Source: Candidatus Babeliales bacterium
GTDB lineage: Bacteria > Babelota > Babeliae > Babelales > RVW-14
Assembly (NCBI GenBank): GCA_041662445.1
Contig: JBAZSL010000006.1
Coordinates: 3,801 to 67,800 of the forward strand
Length of the DNA: 64,000 nt
Direction: 5' to 3'
The notes under the pieces are model-generated. The model saw only the letters and a program-made list of their open reading frames with translations. It searched no databases and was not told the DNA's origin. Both the position numbers and the translations under genes were made by a program. This document shows, in pieces, positions 1 through 10,060 of this stretch (within the stretch, counting starts at the first letter, position 1; each line of letters opens with the position of its first letter).

Positions 1-15
1 AATGTTAGTCAGGCG

Positions 16-426
16 ATGCAACAGACAAATTCCGTAGAAGACTTCAATGATCAAGCTTTTGAGCTAGAGTTTCAGCGTGCGGCGCAAGAAGATTTAAAAA
101 TGGCGATCGGCGCATATCAAAAGGATTTTACGGCAGCAAACCTGAACATGCTTGCTCAAATTGCAGGGTTCTTTCAAAACGATCTCGGTGCCTTTTTCAA
201 AAAGCTAGGACAATACCAACAAAACCCAATAAGTAGTAACTTTATAGAATGTGTAAAAACGTTAAACAGCATAAAAATCCAAGACAATGTTCTCGCGCAA
301 GGTCTCTCAGAACTCCTCATGAGCATTGAGCCAGGTTTATATCTACAACATCACGATTACTATCCAAATACATTTGTCACAAGTCCACTTTTGCGTCCGG
401 ATCAAGTTTATAAGCAACAAAATTAA
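16..426 (+). CDS. hypothetical protein (frame is open back to position 1, so the true start may lie upstream of the window)
   Basis: 136-aa ORF with no motif I recognise; ends just before a strong hairpin at 436-462. Confidence 0.4.
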   Translation: MQQTNSVEDFNDQAFELEFQRAAQEDLKMAIGAYQKDFTAANLNMLAQIAGFFQNDLGAFFKKLGQYQQNPISSNFIECVKTLNSIKIQDNVLAQGLSELLMSIEPGLYLQHHDYYPNTFVTSPLLRPDQVYKQQN

Positions 427-435
427 AAAGCATAA

Positions 436-462
436 AGGGCTGTAACGATTCGTTACAGCCCT
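436..462. terminator. bidirectional hairpin terminator between convergent genes
   Basis: agggctgtaacg / cgttacagccct 12-bp inverted repeat with 3-nt loop, between the stop of the 16-426 ORF and the stop of topA. Confidence 0.5.
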
Positions 463-496
463 TGCTATTTCCACACTCTTTATTCGTATATGTAAG

Positions 497-2764
497 CTAC
501 TCGCTCCACCCGCATTCTTTATTGGAGCATGCGAGCTTCTCGCTTCCATCACTTTTATTTTTGATGACAACCACATACGGCAGTTTGCATTTTGGACATG
601 GCGTTTCTTTAACCTCGCCAAAGATTGCAAACTTGCACTTTGGATAATTGGAACATCCCCAAAAAGAGCCCCCGCGCCAACGGCGTTTAACAACATCGCC
701 GCCGCATGAAGGGCAGGGCATTTTAAGTTTGTCTTGATGAATATATTTGCATTCAGGATATCCGGGGCACGCAATAAACATACCAAACTTGCCCCGACGC
801 TGTACCAGTTGCTTGCCGCATTGTGGACAGGTGAGATTCAACGAAGTCGCAACGCTTTCTTCCAAGGTGATTTTGCCATCGGTGCCACGATTGAAATTTG
901 AGGTAAACGTACACTCAGGATATTTTGAGCAACCTATAAATTCGCCGTTTTTACTCCAGCGAATTACCAATATATTCTTGCATTTAGGGCACTTGAGATC
1001 AGTTTCAACCGCCTTTTTATCAATAACTTTACCGCCAAACTCAACAAGATCCTTGCTGAATTTTTCATAGAATTCATCGAGAACATCGTCTCGTTTGATA
1101 TCACCCTGCGCAATTTTATCAAGATCTTCTTCCATCTTTGCGGTAAACGTCACATTAAAAATGTCAGGTAAATTTTTAACCAACATCTCATTGACCCGTT
1201 TGCCAAGATCGGTCGGCATAAATTTTTTGGCTTCCCTGGCAACGTAACCACGTTTCTGCACAGTCGACAAAATTGTTGCATAGGTACTAGGACGCCCGAT
1301 CCCTCGTTTCTCAAGCTCCTTGACCAACGTCGCTTCGGTATAGCGTGGTGGCGGTTGGGTGAAGTGCTGCTTGGGGTCCAGCTTCTTGAGATCAAGTTGA
1401 GCTTTTTCTTTAACTTCTTTTGGAATTTTGACGGATTGTGCGTCTTCTTCGTCCTCTTCAACAAGGTAGACTTTTAAAAAACCGTCAAACATAAGGGTTG
1501 AACCAGTAGCCCTAAAAAGATAATTTCCGCCCTCAATAGAAACCTGACGCTGAAAGTACTCAGCCGATTCCATCTGACAGGCAACAAAACGTTTCCATAT
1601 AAGATCATAAAGTTTGGCGTGGTCAGGTGCGAGATAGCGCGCTATAGCACCAGGCTGTCGTGTTACATCAATAGGCCGAATAGCTTCGTGGGCATCTTGT
1701 GCCCCTTTTTTGTCATAAACATTTGCCTGCTTAGGAACATAATTGTTTCCGTACTCAGTACCAATAAATGAGCGTACTGCCGTCAATGCTGTATCAGCAA
1801 TACGTAAAGAGTCGGTACGCATGTAGGTAATTAAAGCTTCAGGATTATTTTTATCCCCTAACGAGACGCCTTCATACAGTTGCTGGGCGATGGACATGGT
1901 ACGATCAACAGAAAAACCAAGCTTATTGTAGGCGTCCTGTTGCAACGTGCTCGTCATGAATGGTGGCGATGGATTTTTGGCACGTTTTTTGTCAGCAATT
2001 TTGGTAACAATAAACGTTTCTTTTTTCAGTGCCGCAAGAATTTTATCAACGTCAGATTTGCTCTTGAGGTTAATGTTTTTATTACCAACTTTGACCAACT
2101 CAGCAAGTAACTCTGCTCCGGGAGCCGCGCTAAAAAGCCCATGAATAGTCCAGTACTCGTCTGGTTTAAAGGCAACAATTTCGGCCTCACGGTCACATAC
2201 CAACATCACGGCAACCGATTGCACGCGTCCAGCAGAGAGTCCTTTGCCAATTTTACGCCACAAAATTGGCGAGACTTCGTAGCCAACCCAACGATCCAAA
2301 ATTCGTCGTGCCTGTTGGGCATTAACCAGATGCATATCAACATCAGATTTGTGTTCAATCGCTTGTGCTATGGCAGGCTTGGTGATTTCGTTGAAGGTAA
2401 TACGATGAATACGATCTGGATCGGAAAAAACCTTCTCTATTTCTTGGCCAATGTGCCAGGAAATAATTTCCCCCTCGCGATCAGGGTCTGATGCCAAGAA
2501 GATTTCACTTGAGTTGCTCGCTTGTTTACAAATATCGGCAATGACTGACGCTTTGTCTTTAATAACGTCATATTTGATTTCAATATGACCTTTATCGTCA
2601 CGAGTAACGCCAAGCCTTCGTGGCGGCAAATCTTTAATATGTCCAAACGTGGACATAATTCTGAAATCTTTGCCGAGAAACTTTGAAATAGTTTTAATCT
2701 TGGCTGGGGATTCAACAATGAGTAGTTTGGGTCCGTCTTCTCTCATAGCTTTTTTTCTTCGCAT
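497..2764 (-). CDS. topA: DNA topoisomerase I
   Basis: N-terminal Toprim block LLIVESPAKIKTISKFLG, core type IA topoisomerase similarity, four C-terminal CxxC...CxxC zinc-ribbon repeats (CPKC, CPQC, CPSC, CPKC); start could also be the Met at 2746. Confidence 0.95.
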   Translation of the reverse strand: MRRKKAMREDGPKLLIVESPAKIKTISKFLGKDFRIMSTFGHIKDLPPRRLGVTRDDKGHIEIKYDVIKDKASVIADICKQASNSSEIFLASDPDREGEIISWHIGQEIEKVFSDPDRIHRITFNEITKPAIAQAIEHKSDVDMHLVNAQQARRILDRWVGYEVSPILWRKIGKGLSAGRVQSVAVMLVCDREAEIVAFKPDEYWTIHGLFSAAPGAELLAELVKVGNKNINLKSKSDVDKILAALKKETFIVTKIADKKRAKNPSPPFMTSTLQQDAYNKLGFSVDRTMSIAQQLYEGVSLGDKNNPEALITYMRTDSLRIADTALTAVRSFIGTEYGNNYVPKQANVYDKKGAQDAHEAIRPIDVTRQPGAIARYLAPDHAKLYDLIWKRFVACQMESAEYFQRQVSIEGGNYLFRATGSTLMFDGFLKVYLVEEDEEDAQSVKIPKEVKEKAQLDLKKLDPKQHFTQPPPRYTEATLVKELEKRGIGRPSTYATILSTVQKRGYVAREAKKFMPTDLGKRVNEMLVKNLPDIFNVTFTAKMEEDLDKIAQGDIKRDDVLDEFYEKFSKDLVEFGGKVIDKKAVETDLKCPKCKNILVIRWSKNGEFIGCSKYPECTFTSNFNRGTDGKITLEESVATSLNLTCPQCGKQLVQRRGKFGMFIACPGYPECKYIHQDKLKMPCPSCGGDVVKRRWRGGSFWGCSNYPKCKFAIFGEVKETPCPKCKLPYVVVIKNKSDGSEKLACSNKECGWSE

Positions 2765-3012
2765 CCCTATTGCCCCCCAGGGTTATGACGTTGCAACGTA
2801 AGTTTTTTCTTTTACCAGTTGCCCAGCTTTTGTCAAAGCATTTATTGATAAGGCTACTCTCAGTCTAGGTTTAATATTTTTTATTTGTCAATATACGGCT
2901 AGTTAATAAACAACTATTGCCCATTAGAAATCAAATCACGTCGCTCTTTTTCATTTTCTACCGTGATGCTAAAGTAATCTGCTTTTGTTTTTTCATCCAC
3001 GAAAGGATTTGT

Positions 3013-3798
3013 ATGGCCGAAGTTTCACTCAGAGAATTGTGGCGTGAATCGCTTACGCCTTTTAGGAATGGTAATCTAAAACTTTATCTTTTGGGGTCGT
3101 TAGCAACCGGTATTCGTGCTCTCAAAACGTTAATGTTGAATTTTTGGTGGCTTCTACCATTACTCGCGGGCATAGCCCTGTTTTTTGCCTATTTTTTAGC
3201 GCGATTTATGCAACATGTCATTATGACAACCATCGTGGGCAGTTTCTTAATTATAGTAGGTATCATATCAGCCATCATGTTGTGGTATCTGATTATTCTT
3301 GCTACGCGTCCATCATTAGAACCAAAAACGCGCGATTATTTTAAGATTTACTTTCGCGGTTGGTGGAGCATTTTACTTCTTATGCTGCTTGTGCCAGGAA
3401 GTAATTTTGCCGGTGTCGTTACTATTCCTTTAATAACTACCATCACGCTCTTTTTTCTTGATACCGATCTTTCACTGGATGCCTTTGCTGCTTCATTTAT
3501 GCGCGGAACCAAAGCGCTGGTGTATTTTCTTCCGGGATTTATAGCAATCTTTTTTGTGAGCATGTTGTGCTTTTTATTCGGTGTTACCGTTTCACTTGGT
3601 ACGAGCTGGCTTACCAATTGGTTACTGACCCTGCTTCTTGGAAAAGCGAGCAATAGCGCGTTGATTCTTTCTTCTGTTATGGCCGTAGGTTTTATGACCT
3701 GTGTCGTTGTAAGCATGGTGATCCTTTTTGCCGCCGCGTTGACGGTCTATTATGTAAAGATGAAGCACGAGCATCAGGATTTCTTCTTCGCAAAATGA
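3013..3798 (+). CDS. polytopic membrane protein, function unknown
   Basis: ORF track starts at a TTG (2917); first ATG at 3013 (MAEVSLRELW). About six long hydrophobic segments; stop overlaps plsC start (ATGA). Confidence 0.55.
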   Translation: MAEVSLRELWRESLTPFRNGNLKLYLLGSLATGIRALKTLMLNFWWLLPLLAGIALFFAYFLARFMQHVIMTTIVGSFLIIVGIISAIMLWYLIILATRPSLEPKTRDYFKIYFRGWWSILLLMLLVPGSNFAGVVTIPLITTITLFFLDTDLSLDAFAASFMRGTKALVYFLPGFIAIFFVSMLCFLFGVTVSLGTSWLTNWLLTLLLGKASNSALILSSVMAVGFMTCVVVSMVILFAAALTVYYVKMKHEHQDFFFAK

Positions 3799-4541
3799 AA
3801 AAAGTAATGCTTATCACCACAACATGTATTACCTACAGCATCTGGGCGCTGTGCGTTCCTCCATTAATGTTGGTTTGTGCTCTTCTCGCACTTTTACCCT
3901 CTCCATTCCGTTACGATAATCGGCTGTACTTTGTGGTAAGCACGCTTATCAGCCATCTCATCATGAGGGCGACTGGTGTGAAGTATGCAATCTCAGGTCG
4001 TGAGAATTTGCCGCGCTATCCCCACCAACCGGCAATTATTATCATGAATCACAGCTCAGCGCTTGATATCCCTATGACCGAAGTTGTCGTTGGTACGTAT
4101 CCTCATGTTTGGCTGAGTAAGGCAACCTACAGTAAGGTTCCAGTTTTGGGTTTTTTGCTTAAACGTATGCATGTTCTGGTTGACACAAAGACCTATAAAG
4201 ACGCCTGCTCCGCGCTCCTTAAAACACATAATCTTCTTAAAAATTCTTCTCGCCATGCATTATTTTTCCCCGAAGGAACCCGTTCGGTCGATGGAAAGTT
4301 AGGCTCTTTTTCCCCTGGCTTTGTGCTTTTGGCAAAAAAACTTAATCGGCCAATTATTCCGGTTGTCATAGAAGGAATTCACAAGGTATATCCCAAAAAT
4401 AGTTTCCTTATTGATTCCCTCTCCGCCAACGTTAAAATAATTATTGGTAAACCACTTTATTGCCCCGCAACAATGTCACCAGATGAGTTTGCGACAATGG
4501 TTCGCTGTCATTTTGAAAACATACTAAACCAACTTAGTTGA
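3795..4541 (+). CDS. plsC: 1-acyl-sn-glycerol-3-phosphate acyltransferase
   Basis: Acyltransferase motifs NHSSALD (HX4D) and FPEGTRS; N-terminal membrane anchor. Confidence 0.85.
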   Translation: MKKVMLITTTCITYSIWALCVPPLMLVCALLALLPSPFRYDNRLYFVVSTLISHLIMRATGVKYAISGRENLPRYPHQPAIIIMNHSSALDIPMTEVVVGTYPHVWLSKATYSKVPVLGFLLKRMHVLVDTKTYKDACSALLKTHNLLKNSSRHALFFPEGTRSVDGKLGSFSPGFVLLAKKLNRPIIPVVIEGIHKVYPKNSFLIDSLSANVKIIIGKPLYCPATMSPDEFATMVRCHFENILNQLS

Positions 4542-5545
4542 TAACCATGATACTTCATTGCGCATATTTCAATCTCGTTTTTGTTTTCGGCCCTATTTTG
4601 GCAGCTGCCGTACTTTATCGATGGAAATTATATCGGCAGCCACGCTATAAATATCCACTTACCCAGCACCTTGCTCATAGTGGTCTTACGCAGAAAATCC
4701 CCTATGGCAAAATATTGTCATTGGTTCGTTTCCTTACCCTAGCAGGGCTCTTATTCCTCGTGCTACGGCCGCAATGGCTTGACGAGCGATCGCACATTAA
4801 TGTTGATAGCGTTGACATTGTACTTGCCATCGATGTCTCTGCAAGTATGCAGTTTATGGACGATCTTCGTGAGCAGCGCACTCGTATTGATATCGCCAAA
4901 GAGGAAGCAATTCGTTTTATCGAGAAAAGAACCAATGATCCAGTTGGTATTGTCATTTTTGGGCGTGAAGCCATTTCGCGATGTCCTCTTACACTCGACA
5001 AAAATATTCTTAAAGAAATAGTAGGGGGCCTTGAACTTGGCATCATCGATCCACGTGGCACATGGCTTGGTACCGGTCTTGCAACGGCTGTAAATCGCCT
5101 ACGAACCTCCCGAGCAAAAAGCAAGGTTATTATTCTGCTTACCGATGGCCAACCAACACCACCAGAAAAAATAGAGCCGCCGCTTGCTCTTGATATGGCA
5201 AAAAAATATGGCATCAAGGTATACACCATTGGTATCGGTAATGAGCAGGGTGGTTACGGTCGTGATGCATTCGGGTCTTTGCTCCCCGTACGAGAAGCAG
5301 GTCTTAATGTTGCTCTGCTCCAACAAATAGCAGATCAAACAGGTGGCATGTTTTTTAGGGCACAAAATCAACGCGATATGCGCATGATCTACGATAAAAT
5401 CGACCAACTGGAGAAAACAAAACTTCAAACATCGGTCTTTCACCATTACTACGAAGCTTTTTTAAATTTTATATGGATCATTCTTCTCCTGTATGGGCTT
5501 GAATTATTCTTGCGGCTTTTTGTGTGGAGAGGGATCCTGTCATGA
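4538..5545 (+). CDS. batA: VWA-domain membrane protein, BatA-like
   Basis: N-terminal TM segments, MIDAS motif DVSASM, LLTDG block, C-terminal TM; size and order match the Bacteroides Bat operon. Confidence 0.8.
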   Translation: MITMILHCAYFNLVFVFGPILAAAVLYRWKLYRQPRYKYPLTQHLAHSGLTQKIPYGKILSLVRFLTLAGLLFLVLRPQWLDERSHINVDSVDIVLAIDVSASMQFMDDLREQRTRIDIAKEEAIRFIEKRTNDPVGIVIFGREAISRCPLTLDKNILKEIVGGLELGIIDPRGTWLGTGLATAVNRLRTSRAKSKVIILLTDGQPTPPEKIEPPLALDMAKKYGIKVYTIGIGNEQGGYGRDAFGSLLPVREAGLNVALLQQIADQTGGMFFRAQNQRDMRMIYDKIDQLEKTKLQTSVFHHYYEAFLNFIWIILLLYGLELFLRLFVWRGILS

Positions 5546-6543
5546 TCACATTGGGAATTCACTGGGCCGGATTTGACCGGGTTGTGTTTTTGCCCATTTT
5601 TTTAGTGCTCATTTTTTTTATCATCAGAAACTATCGTCGTATAACGCATGCGGCTGCTCAACTTGTTCACCCAGCACATGGTACAACGCTCTTTGCTCAT
5701 TTTTCCCCCCGTCGTCAGATGCTTAAAGCATTTTTATTGAGCGCAAGCGCTATTTTTATATTTCTCGCCATTCTGCAGCCTCAGTGGGGTAAAAAAGAAC
5801 AGGTCATAGCGCAAGAAGGGCGCGATGTTCTTATTCTTCTGGATATCTCCCGCAGTATGAGAGCGGCTGACATTAAGCCAAATCGTCTTGATTTTGCCAA
5901 ACTCAAAATTAAGGCTTTGCTTGATAAATTAACCTGCGATCGTGTTGGCCTTGTCGTATTTTCAGGTTCTGCTTTTGTACAGTGTCCTCTTACCGCCGAT
6001 CACGCGGCTTTTTTAATGTTTCTCGATCATGTTGATACCGAAATTGTTTCATCAGGAACAACAGCGCTCGACACGGCATTGGCCAAAGCGCTTGAAGTTT
6101 TCTCATCCGCGCAAGGAAGAAAGAATAAGCTTGCAGTTCTTGTAACTGATGGCGAAGACTTTTCGTACAATCTTGATGCGGCGACCCATCAGGCGCTTAA
6201 AGAAAATTTGCATATTTTTGCCATTGGCATTGGTACTACTGAGGGAGCGCCTATACCAATTTTGAATGAAGAGGGGATACAAACAGGTCACGAAACCAAT
6301 GAAAAAGGTGAAATCGTGCTTTCTCGTCTTGGCGAAAAAACACTTTCAACTTTATGCTCAAATGTGCACGGTAGCTATATTCCCATGACCTACGATGACA
6401 CCGATATCGATACCATTGCATCACAGGTGGCACACTATGAAAAAGAGAAATTTGAAGATAAAAAAATATCGTTGTTTGAAGATCAATATCCCTGGTTATT
6501 GGGTGTTGCGTGGATCTGCTTACTTCTAGAATGGATGGTGTAA
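5542..6543 (+). CDS. batB: VWA-domain membrane protein, BatB-like
   Basis: MIDAS motif DISRSM, VLVTDGED block, N- and C-terminal TM segments; ATG at 5542 overlaps the batA stop (ATGA). ORF track start 5524 is a GTG. Confidence 0.8.
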   Translation: MITLGIHWAGFDRVVFLPIFLVLIFFIIRNYRRITHAAAQLVHPAHGTTLFAHFSPRRQMLKAFLLSASAIFIFLAILQPQWGKKEQVIAQEGRDVLILLDISRSMRAADIKPNRLDFAKLKIKALLDKLTCDRVGLVVFSGSAFVQCPLTADHAAFLMFLDHVDTEIVSSGTTALDTALAKALEVFSSAQGRKNKLAVLVTDGEDFSYNLDAATHQALKENLHIFAIGIGTTEGAPIPILNEEGIQTGHETNEKGEIVLSRLGEKTLSTLCSNVHGSYIPMTYDDTDIDTIASQVAHYEKEKFEDKKISLFEDQYPWLLGVAWICLLLEWMV

Positions 6544-7448
6544 TGGCTACAAGATACCAAACAGCTGTAGTTTTATTGTGCCTAGCTCTTCTCATGAGCA
6601 CTCCCCTTGGAGCCTTCAGCTTTTTTGGTTCCCCAGAGTTAACACCAGAGCAAAAAATTGAGCAGTTGCAACGGCAACAAATTGATGCGCCACTAGATCC
6701 AGAAATTAACTACAATTTAGGCGTGGCTCTTTATCGTGCTGGCAGATTCGATGAAGCAAAAACACATTTTGCGCGCACACTTGCTCATACTCGCAAGCGT
6801 AGCAAGCTGGCAACACAAACATTTTTCAACAAGGCCAATGCCGGACTCAAAAACGCCTTAAGTATTTTGCCTCAACAGTGGGAAAAACAGGAAGTCCTCG
6901 AGCCCCAGATACTTGATAATGCGCTTGCAAACATTACTGAGGCTATTGATGATTACCAGAGTTTTCTTGCCCAAAAACCAAACCATGCCAATGCCCAAGC
7001 CAACAAAAAATATACCGAGGGCATAAAAAAGAAGCTCGAAAAGAAGCAACAAGAGCAACAGAAAAAGCAGCAAGAAAAAAATCAAAAAGACCAACAGGGT
7101 AAACAACAAGATTCATCACGTGAAGATCAAAAAAAACAGGATCAAAACAATAAGCAACAAGGGCAACAAAACAATCCTGCTGACAAAAAAAATGAAGAAA
7201 GAAAAGAAAACAATACACAACAGGCTCAGCAACAAGACATGTCGTCATCTCAGGGCAACGAAGAAAAACAAGCAGCCAAACAAGAAACAGCTCAAGCGGC
7301 ACAGCAGAAAGAAAGTCCTGAAGATCGTCGCATGCGGGCGATGCTTGAAAATTTACAATCAGAAGAATCGGCACAGCAAAAAGCATTAATGCAACGACAG
7401 ACCGCCGCACAGCCACATCAACCAGAGCGGGGGCAAAAACCATGGTAA
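6543..7448 (+). CDS. batC: TPR protein with long Q/K/E-rich low-complexity tail, BatC-like
   Basis: Signal/anchor segment, TPR-like NYNLGVALYRAGRFDEAKTHF, then a KQQEQQKKQQEK low-complexity region; ATG at 6543 overlaps the batB stop (TAATG). Confidence 0.65.
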   Translation: MATRYQTAVVLLCLALLMSTPLGAFSFFGSPELTPEQKIEQLQRQQIDAPLDPEINYNLGVALYRAGRFDEAKTHFARTLAHTRKRSKLATQTFFNKANAGLKNALSILPQQWEKQEVLEPQILDNALANITEAIDDYQSFLAQKPNHANAQANKKYTEGIKKKLEKKQQEQQKKQQEKNQKDQQGKQQDSSREDQKKQDQNNKQQGQQNNPADKKNEERKENNTQQAQQQDMSSSQGNEEKQAAKQETAQAAQQKESPEDRRMRAMLENLQSEESAQQKALMQRQTAAQPHQPERGQKPW

Positions 7449-9244
7449 GCAAAATTATTCGTAACGCGCTGATACCTCTGACGCTTTTTTTTTCATGCAC
7501 TGCACAAGAAACAACAGTAAAACTTGAACTTGAGAATGTTGGAATGCTGCCCGGCTCACAACAACCAGCAGTTGCGCCAGGACAGCAATTCACCCTTGTT
7601 GTCAGTACCGAAGGCAAAGATCGTACGACCAACGATCCGGTAATCGAAGGTCTTGAAAAGTTCCAGCTTCAAGGGCAACGATCGACCAGTAGAATTCAAG
7701 TGGTTAACGGTAGCGTGACGGGTAATATACAACGCTTTCTTACTGTCAAGACCGATAACCCAGGCCGTTATACCATCGGTCCTGCAGTTATTACACAGGG
7801 TGATAAAAAAATTACGTCCAATAGCGTAAGCATCATGGTTGATGCCAAGGTGGTGCCATCGCAGCAAGCATCATCTGACCACGGACACGAAGACGCACAA
7901 ACTGCCTCTGTTATTTGCAAGTTAGCTGCCGACAAACAGGTCGCAGTAATTGGCGAGCCGATAACCGTTAATCTCATGATCTATACACATGGACCTATTC
8001 TTGACATGGCAATTGATCAACCACACTTCGAAAAGTTTTTGGTCAAACAAATCAAAACTCCGGTAGTTAAAGACATCATGCTTGTAGGGAAATCTTACAA
8101 ACTTCAGCAGTACACGTTTGTTCTCTTCCCGCAGCACATTGGAACAAATACCATAAAACCACTTAATCTTGTGTACATTACTCAGCGCCCACAACAAGCG
8201 CCCCACCACCAACGCGGTTTTCTTGATGAAGTGTTTTCAAGGTCATTCTTTGGCGCTCAGCCTGTTCAAAAACAAATACAATCAAATGGGCTCACTATTG
8301 TCGTCAAGCAAGTTCCTTCAAGCGATGGACCCGTAGATGGCGTTGGCTCATTTTCACAATTTAATGCAGAACTGAGTAAGCATGAGGCGGTTGTTGGCGA
8401 ACCAGTTACGCTCAGCCTCTCACTTAAGGGATTAGGAAATTTTGAACAAATTTCCCTACCAAAGCCACAACTTTCCGATGGCTTTAGATGTTATGAATCC
8501 AAAACAGCACTCGACGAAAATCTTGAAACAGCCTATCAAGGTGGCACCAAAAAAACTGAATTTGTTATTCAAGCGATGAAGCCGGGGGCATGGACTATCC
8601 CAGCGCAAACATTTACTTTCTACGATACGCAACAACAAACGTTTAAAAAAATATCGACCAGCCCGCTATCACTTACCATCAAGCAGGGCGACCAGCCAAC
8701 AACTTCTGCTCCCTCAATGCCACGTACGCAAAATGATCAAACAGGACGAACCATAGAACCTTTTTCTCAGGACATTAGCTTCATTCAAGAAAATTTCATG
8801 GACTCGTCACAGGAGGCGCTGCCGTGGTGGCTGTTCTTCGTACTTATGGTTACACCGCTTGTGTTTGTCTGCCGCGTAAAACTCCAGTTGCTGCGGACAG
8901 CATTTCGCCGTTTGGAAGGGGGTAGAGGTGCCCATCAGAAATTTGCACATTTTAAACGTGAGCTTGACCGTCTTACCACGCATAAAGAAGTCTCGGCCTT
9001 GCATCACTTTGTTATGCGCGTACTCGCGCAGTATGTGAAACGGCCAGTTGAACAATTAACCGAATCGGATATCGAAGCCCTTCTTGCGCACAAAGGCTGG
9101 CAGGTAGAAAAAATAAGCGAGTTGTTGGATTATTTAAATACCTGTGCTCAATTCAGATTTGCTACTACAAAAACTACATCATCACTTGAATGCGATGAAC
9201 TTTTCAAAAAAGCCCACTATTGGCTTGTCATATTGAACCATTGA
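7442..9244 (+). CDS. batD: BatD-like oxygen-tolerance protein
   Basis: 600 aa, N-terminal signal, repeated beta-rich domains, one C-proximal TM (LPWWLFFVLMVTPLVFV); position after batC. Confidence 0.7.
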   Translation: MVSKIIRNALIPLTLFFSCTAQETTVKLELENVGMLPGSQQPAVAPGQQFTLVVSTEGKDRTTNDPVIEGLEKFQLQGQRSTSRIQVVNGSVTGNIQRFLTVKTDNPGRYTIGPAVITQGDKKITSNSVSIMVDAKVVPSQQASSDHGHEDAQTASVICKLAADKQVAVIGEPITVNLMIYTHGPILDMAIDQPHFEKFLVKQIKTPVVKDIMLVGKSYKLQQYTFVLFPQHIGTNTIKPLNLVYITQRPQQAPHHQRGFLDEVFSRSFFGAQPVQKQIQSNGLTIVVKQVPSSDGPVDGVGSFSQFNAELSKHEAVVGEPVTLSLSLKGLGNFEQISLPKPQLSDGFRCYESKTALDENLETAYQGGTKKTEFVIQAMKPGAWTIPAQTFTFYDTQQQTFKKISTSPLSLTIKQGDQPTTSAPSMPRTQNDQTGRTIEPFSQDISFIQENFMDSSQEALPWWLFFVLMVTPLVFVCRVKLQLLRTAFRRLEGGRGAHQKFAHFKRELDRLTTHKEVSALHHFVMRVLAQYVKRPVEQLTESDIEALLAHKGWQVEKISELLDYLNTCAQFRFATTKTTSSLECDELFKKAHYWLVILNH

Positions 9245-9253
9245 GGAACATCA

Positions 9254-10030
9254 ATGCTGTCACGGATACAATTTCTACTCGTTGCTTTGCTGCTTTTTGC
9301 GCCTGGTTACGCGCAACAGACATCAGGTCCAGGAACTCTTTTTGTTAAAGCAAATGAATTCTACAGAAACGGTGCTATTAAGCATGCCTATGAGCTCTAC
9401 CAAAAAATAACACCCCAAACGCCTGCTGTTCATTTTAATCTTGGCAATTGCGCCTATCGTATGGGAAATTTTGGCATGGCGTTTGTTCATTGGCGCCGGG
9501 CTGAATGGAATTGGGGATTTCACGATCGCGAAAGCCTTCAACACAATATAACGCTTGTGCAAGAAAAATTACGCGGAGTTCCAACGGCAGATGAGGAACA
9601 ACCGTTTCTTACCATGCTTCGTGCAAGTACGCGTTCGCTTTATCACCGAACGCTATCATATGCGAAATCGTTACCAATCTTGTATGCCCAACTCATATTC
9701 TTGTTCTTGTGGCTTATCTGTTGTGTTGGGTATGCATATCGCAACACAACCAAAATCATACGTTATGTATGGTGCGGAAGCATCGTCGTTTTTATAGCCT
9801 TTGGTTGTCTTGTAGCTACCAAAATGGTTGCGGCTTCCCGCCAGCAACTTATCATCATAAAGACGCCTGCAAACCTCACATCCGGCCCACAAAAAAGCGG
9901 TTTTGCCGCTCTGGGGCAGTTGAAGGAGGGGCAAGAAGCTGATATTCTCGGTGAGTCGGGGGATTTCTACAAAATCCACATAAACAGTACAACGGGCTGG
10001 ATCGACAAGCAGGTTGTTGAAAAAATATAG
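9254..10030 (+). CDS. batE: TPR plus SH3b protein, BatE-like
   Basis: Signal peptide, TPR (FNLGNCAYRMGNFGMAFVHW), TM segments, C-terminal SH3b-like GQEADILGESGDFYKIHINSTTGWIDKQ. Confidence 0.65.
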   Translation: MLSRIQFLLVALLLFAPGYAQQTSGPGTLFVKANEFYRNGAIKHAYELYQKITPQTPAVHFNLGNCAYRMGNFGMAFVHWRRAEWNWGFHDRESLQHNITLVQEKLRGVPTADEEQPFLTMLRASTRSLYHRTLSYAKSLPILYAQLIFLFLWLICCVGYAYRNTTKIIRYVWCGSIVVFIAFGCLVATKMVAASRQQLIIIKTPANLTSGPQKSGFAALGQLKEGQEADILGESGDFYKIHINSTTGWIDKQVVEKI

Positions 10031-10060
10031 ATTTTGCCCTTATTTTACCAAGGAATGTAT

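Noticed and set aside
343-786. 147-aa minus-strand ORF overlapping the topA 3' end and the hairpin at 436-462
   Set aside because: It is out of frame with the well-supported topA zinc-ribbon region and crosses a terminator hairpin. It has no motifs.
2917-3012. TTG-initiated 5' extension of the membrane protein ORF
   Set aside because: The extension is non-hydrophobic and lies in the AT-rich divergent promoter region shared with topA. The first ATG at 3013 gives a sensible N-terminus.
4702-5229. 175-aa minus-strand ORF inside batA
   Set aside because: It is antisense to a VWA domain with a clear MIDAS motif, and its Arg/Ser-rich composition is typical of shadow frames.
7020-7300. Repetitive caa/aaa/cag-rich DNA, considered as a tandem repeat or CRISPR-like array
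   Set aside because: It is irregular codon-level low complexity that encodes the Q/K-rich BatC tail. There is no unit periodicity or spacer structure.
6943-7632. 229-aa minus-strand ORF
   Set aside because: It is antisense to the Q/K/E-rich low-complexity part of batC. Such repeats keep the opposite strand open by composition alone.
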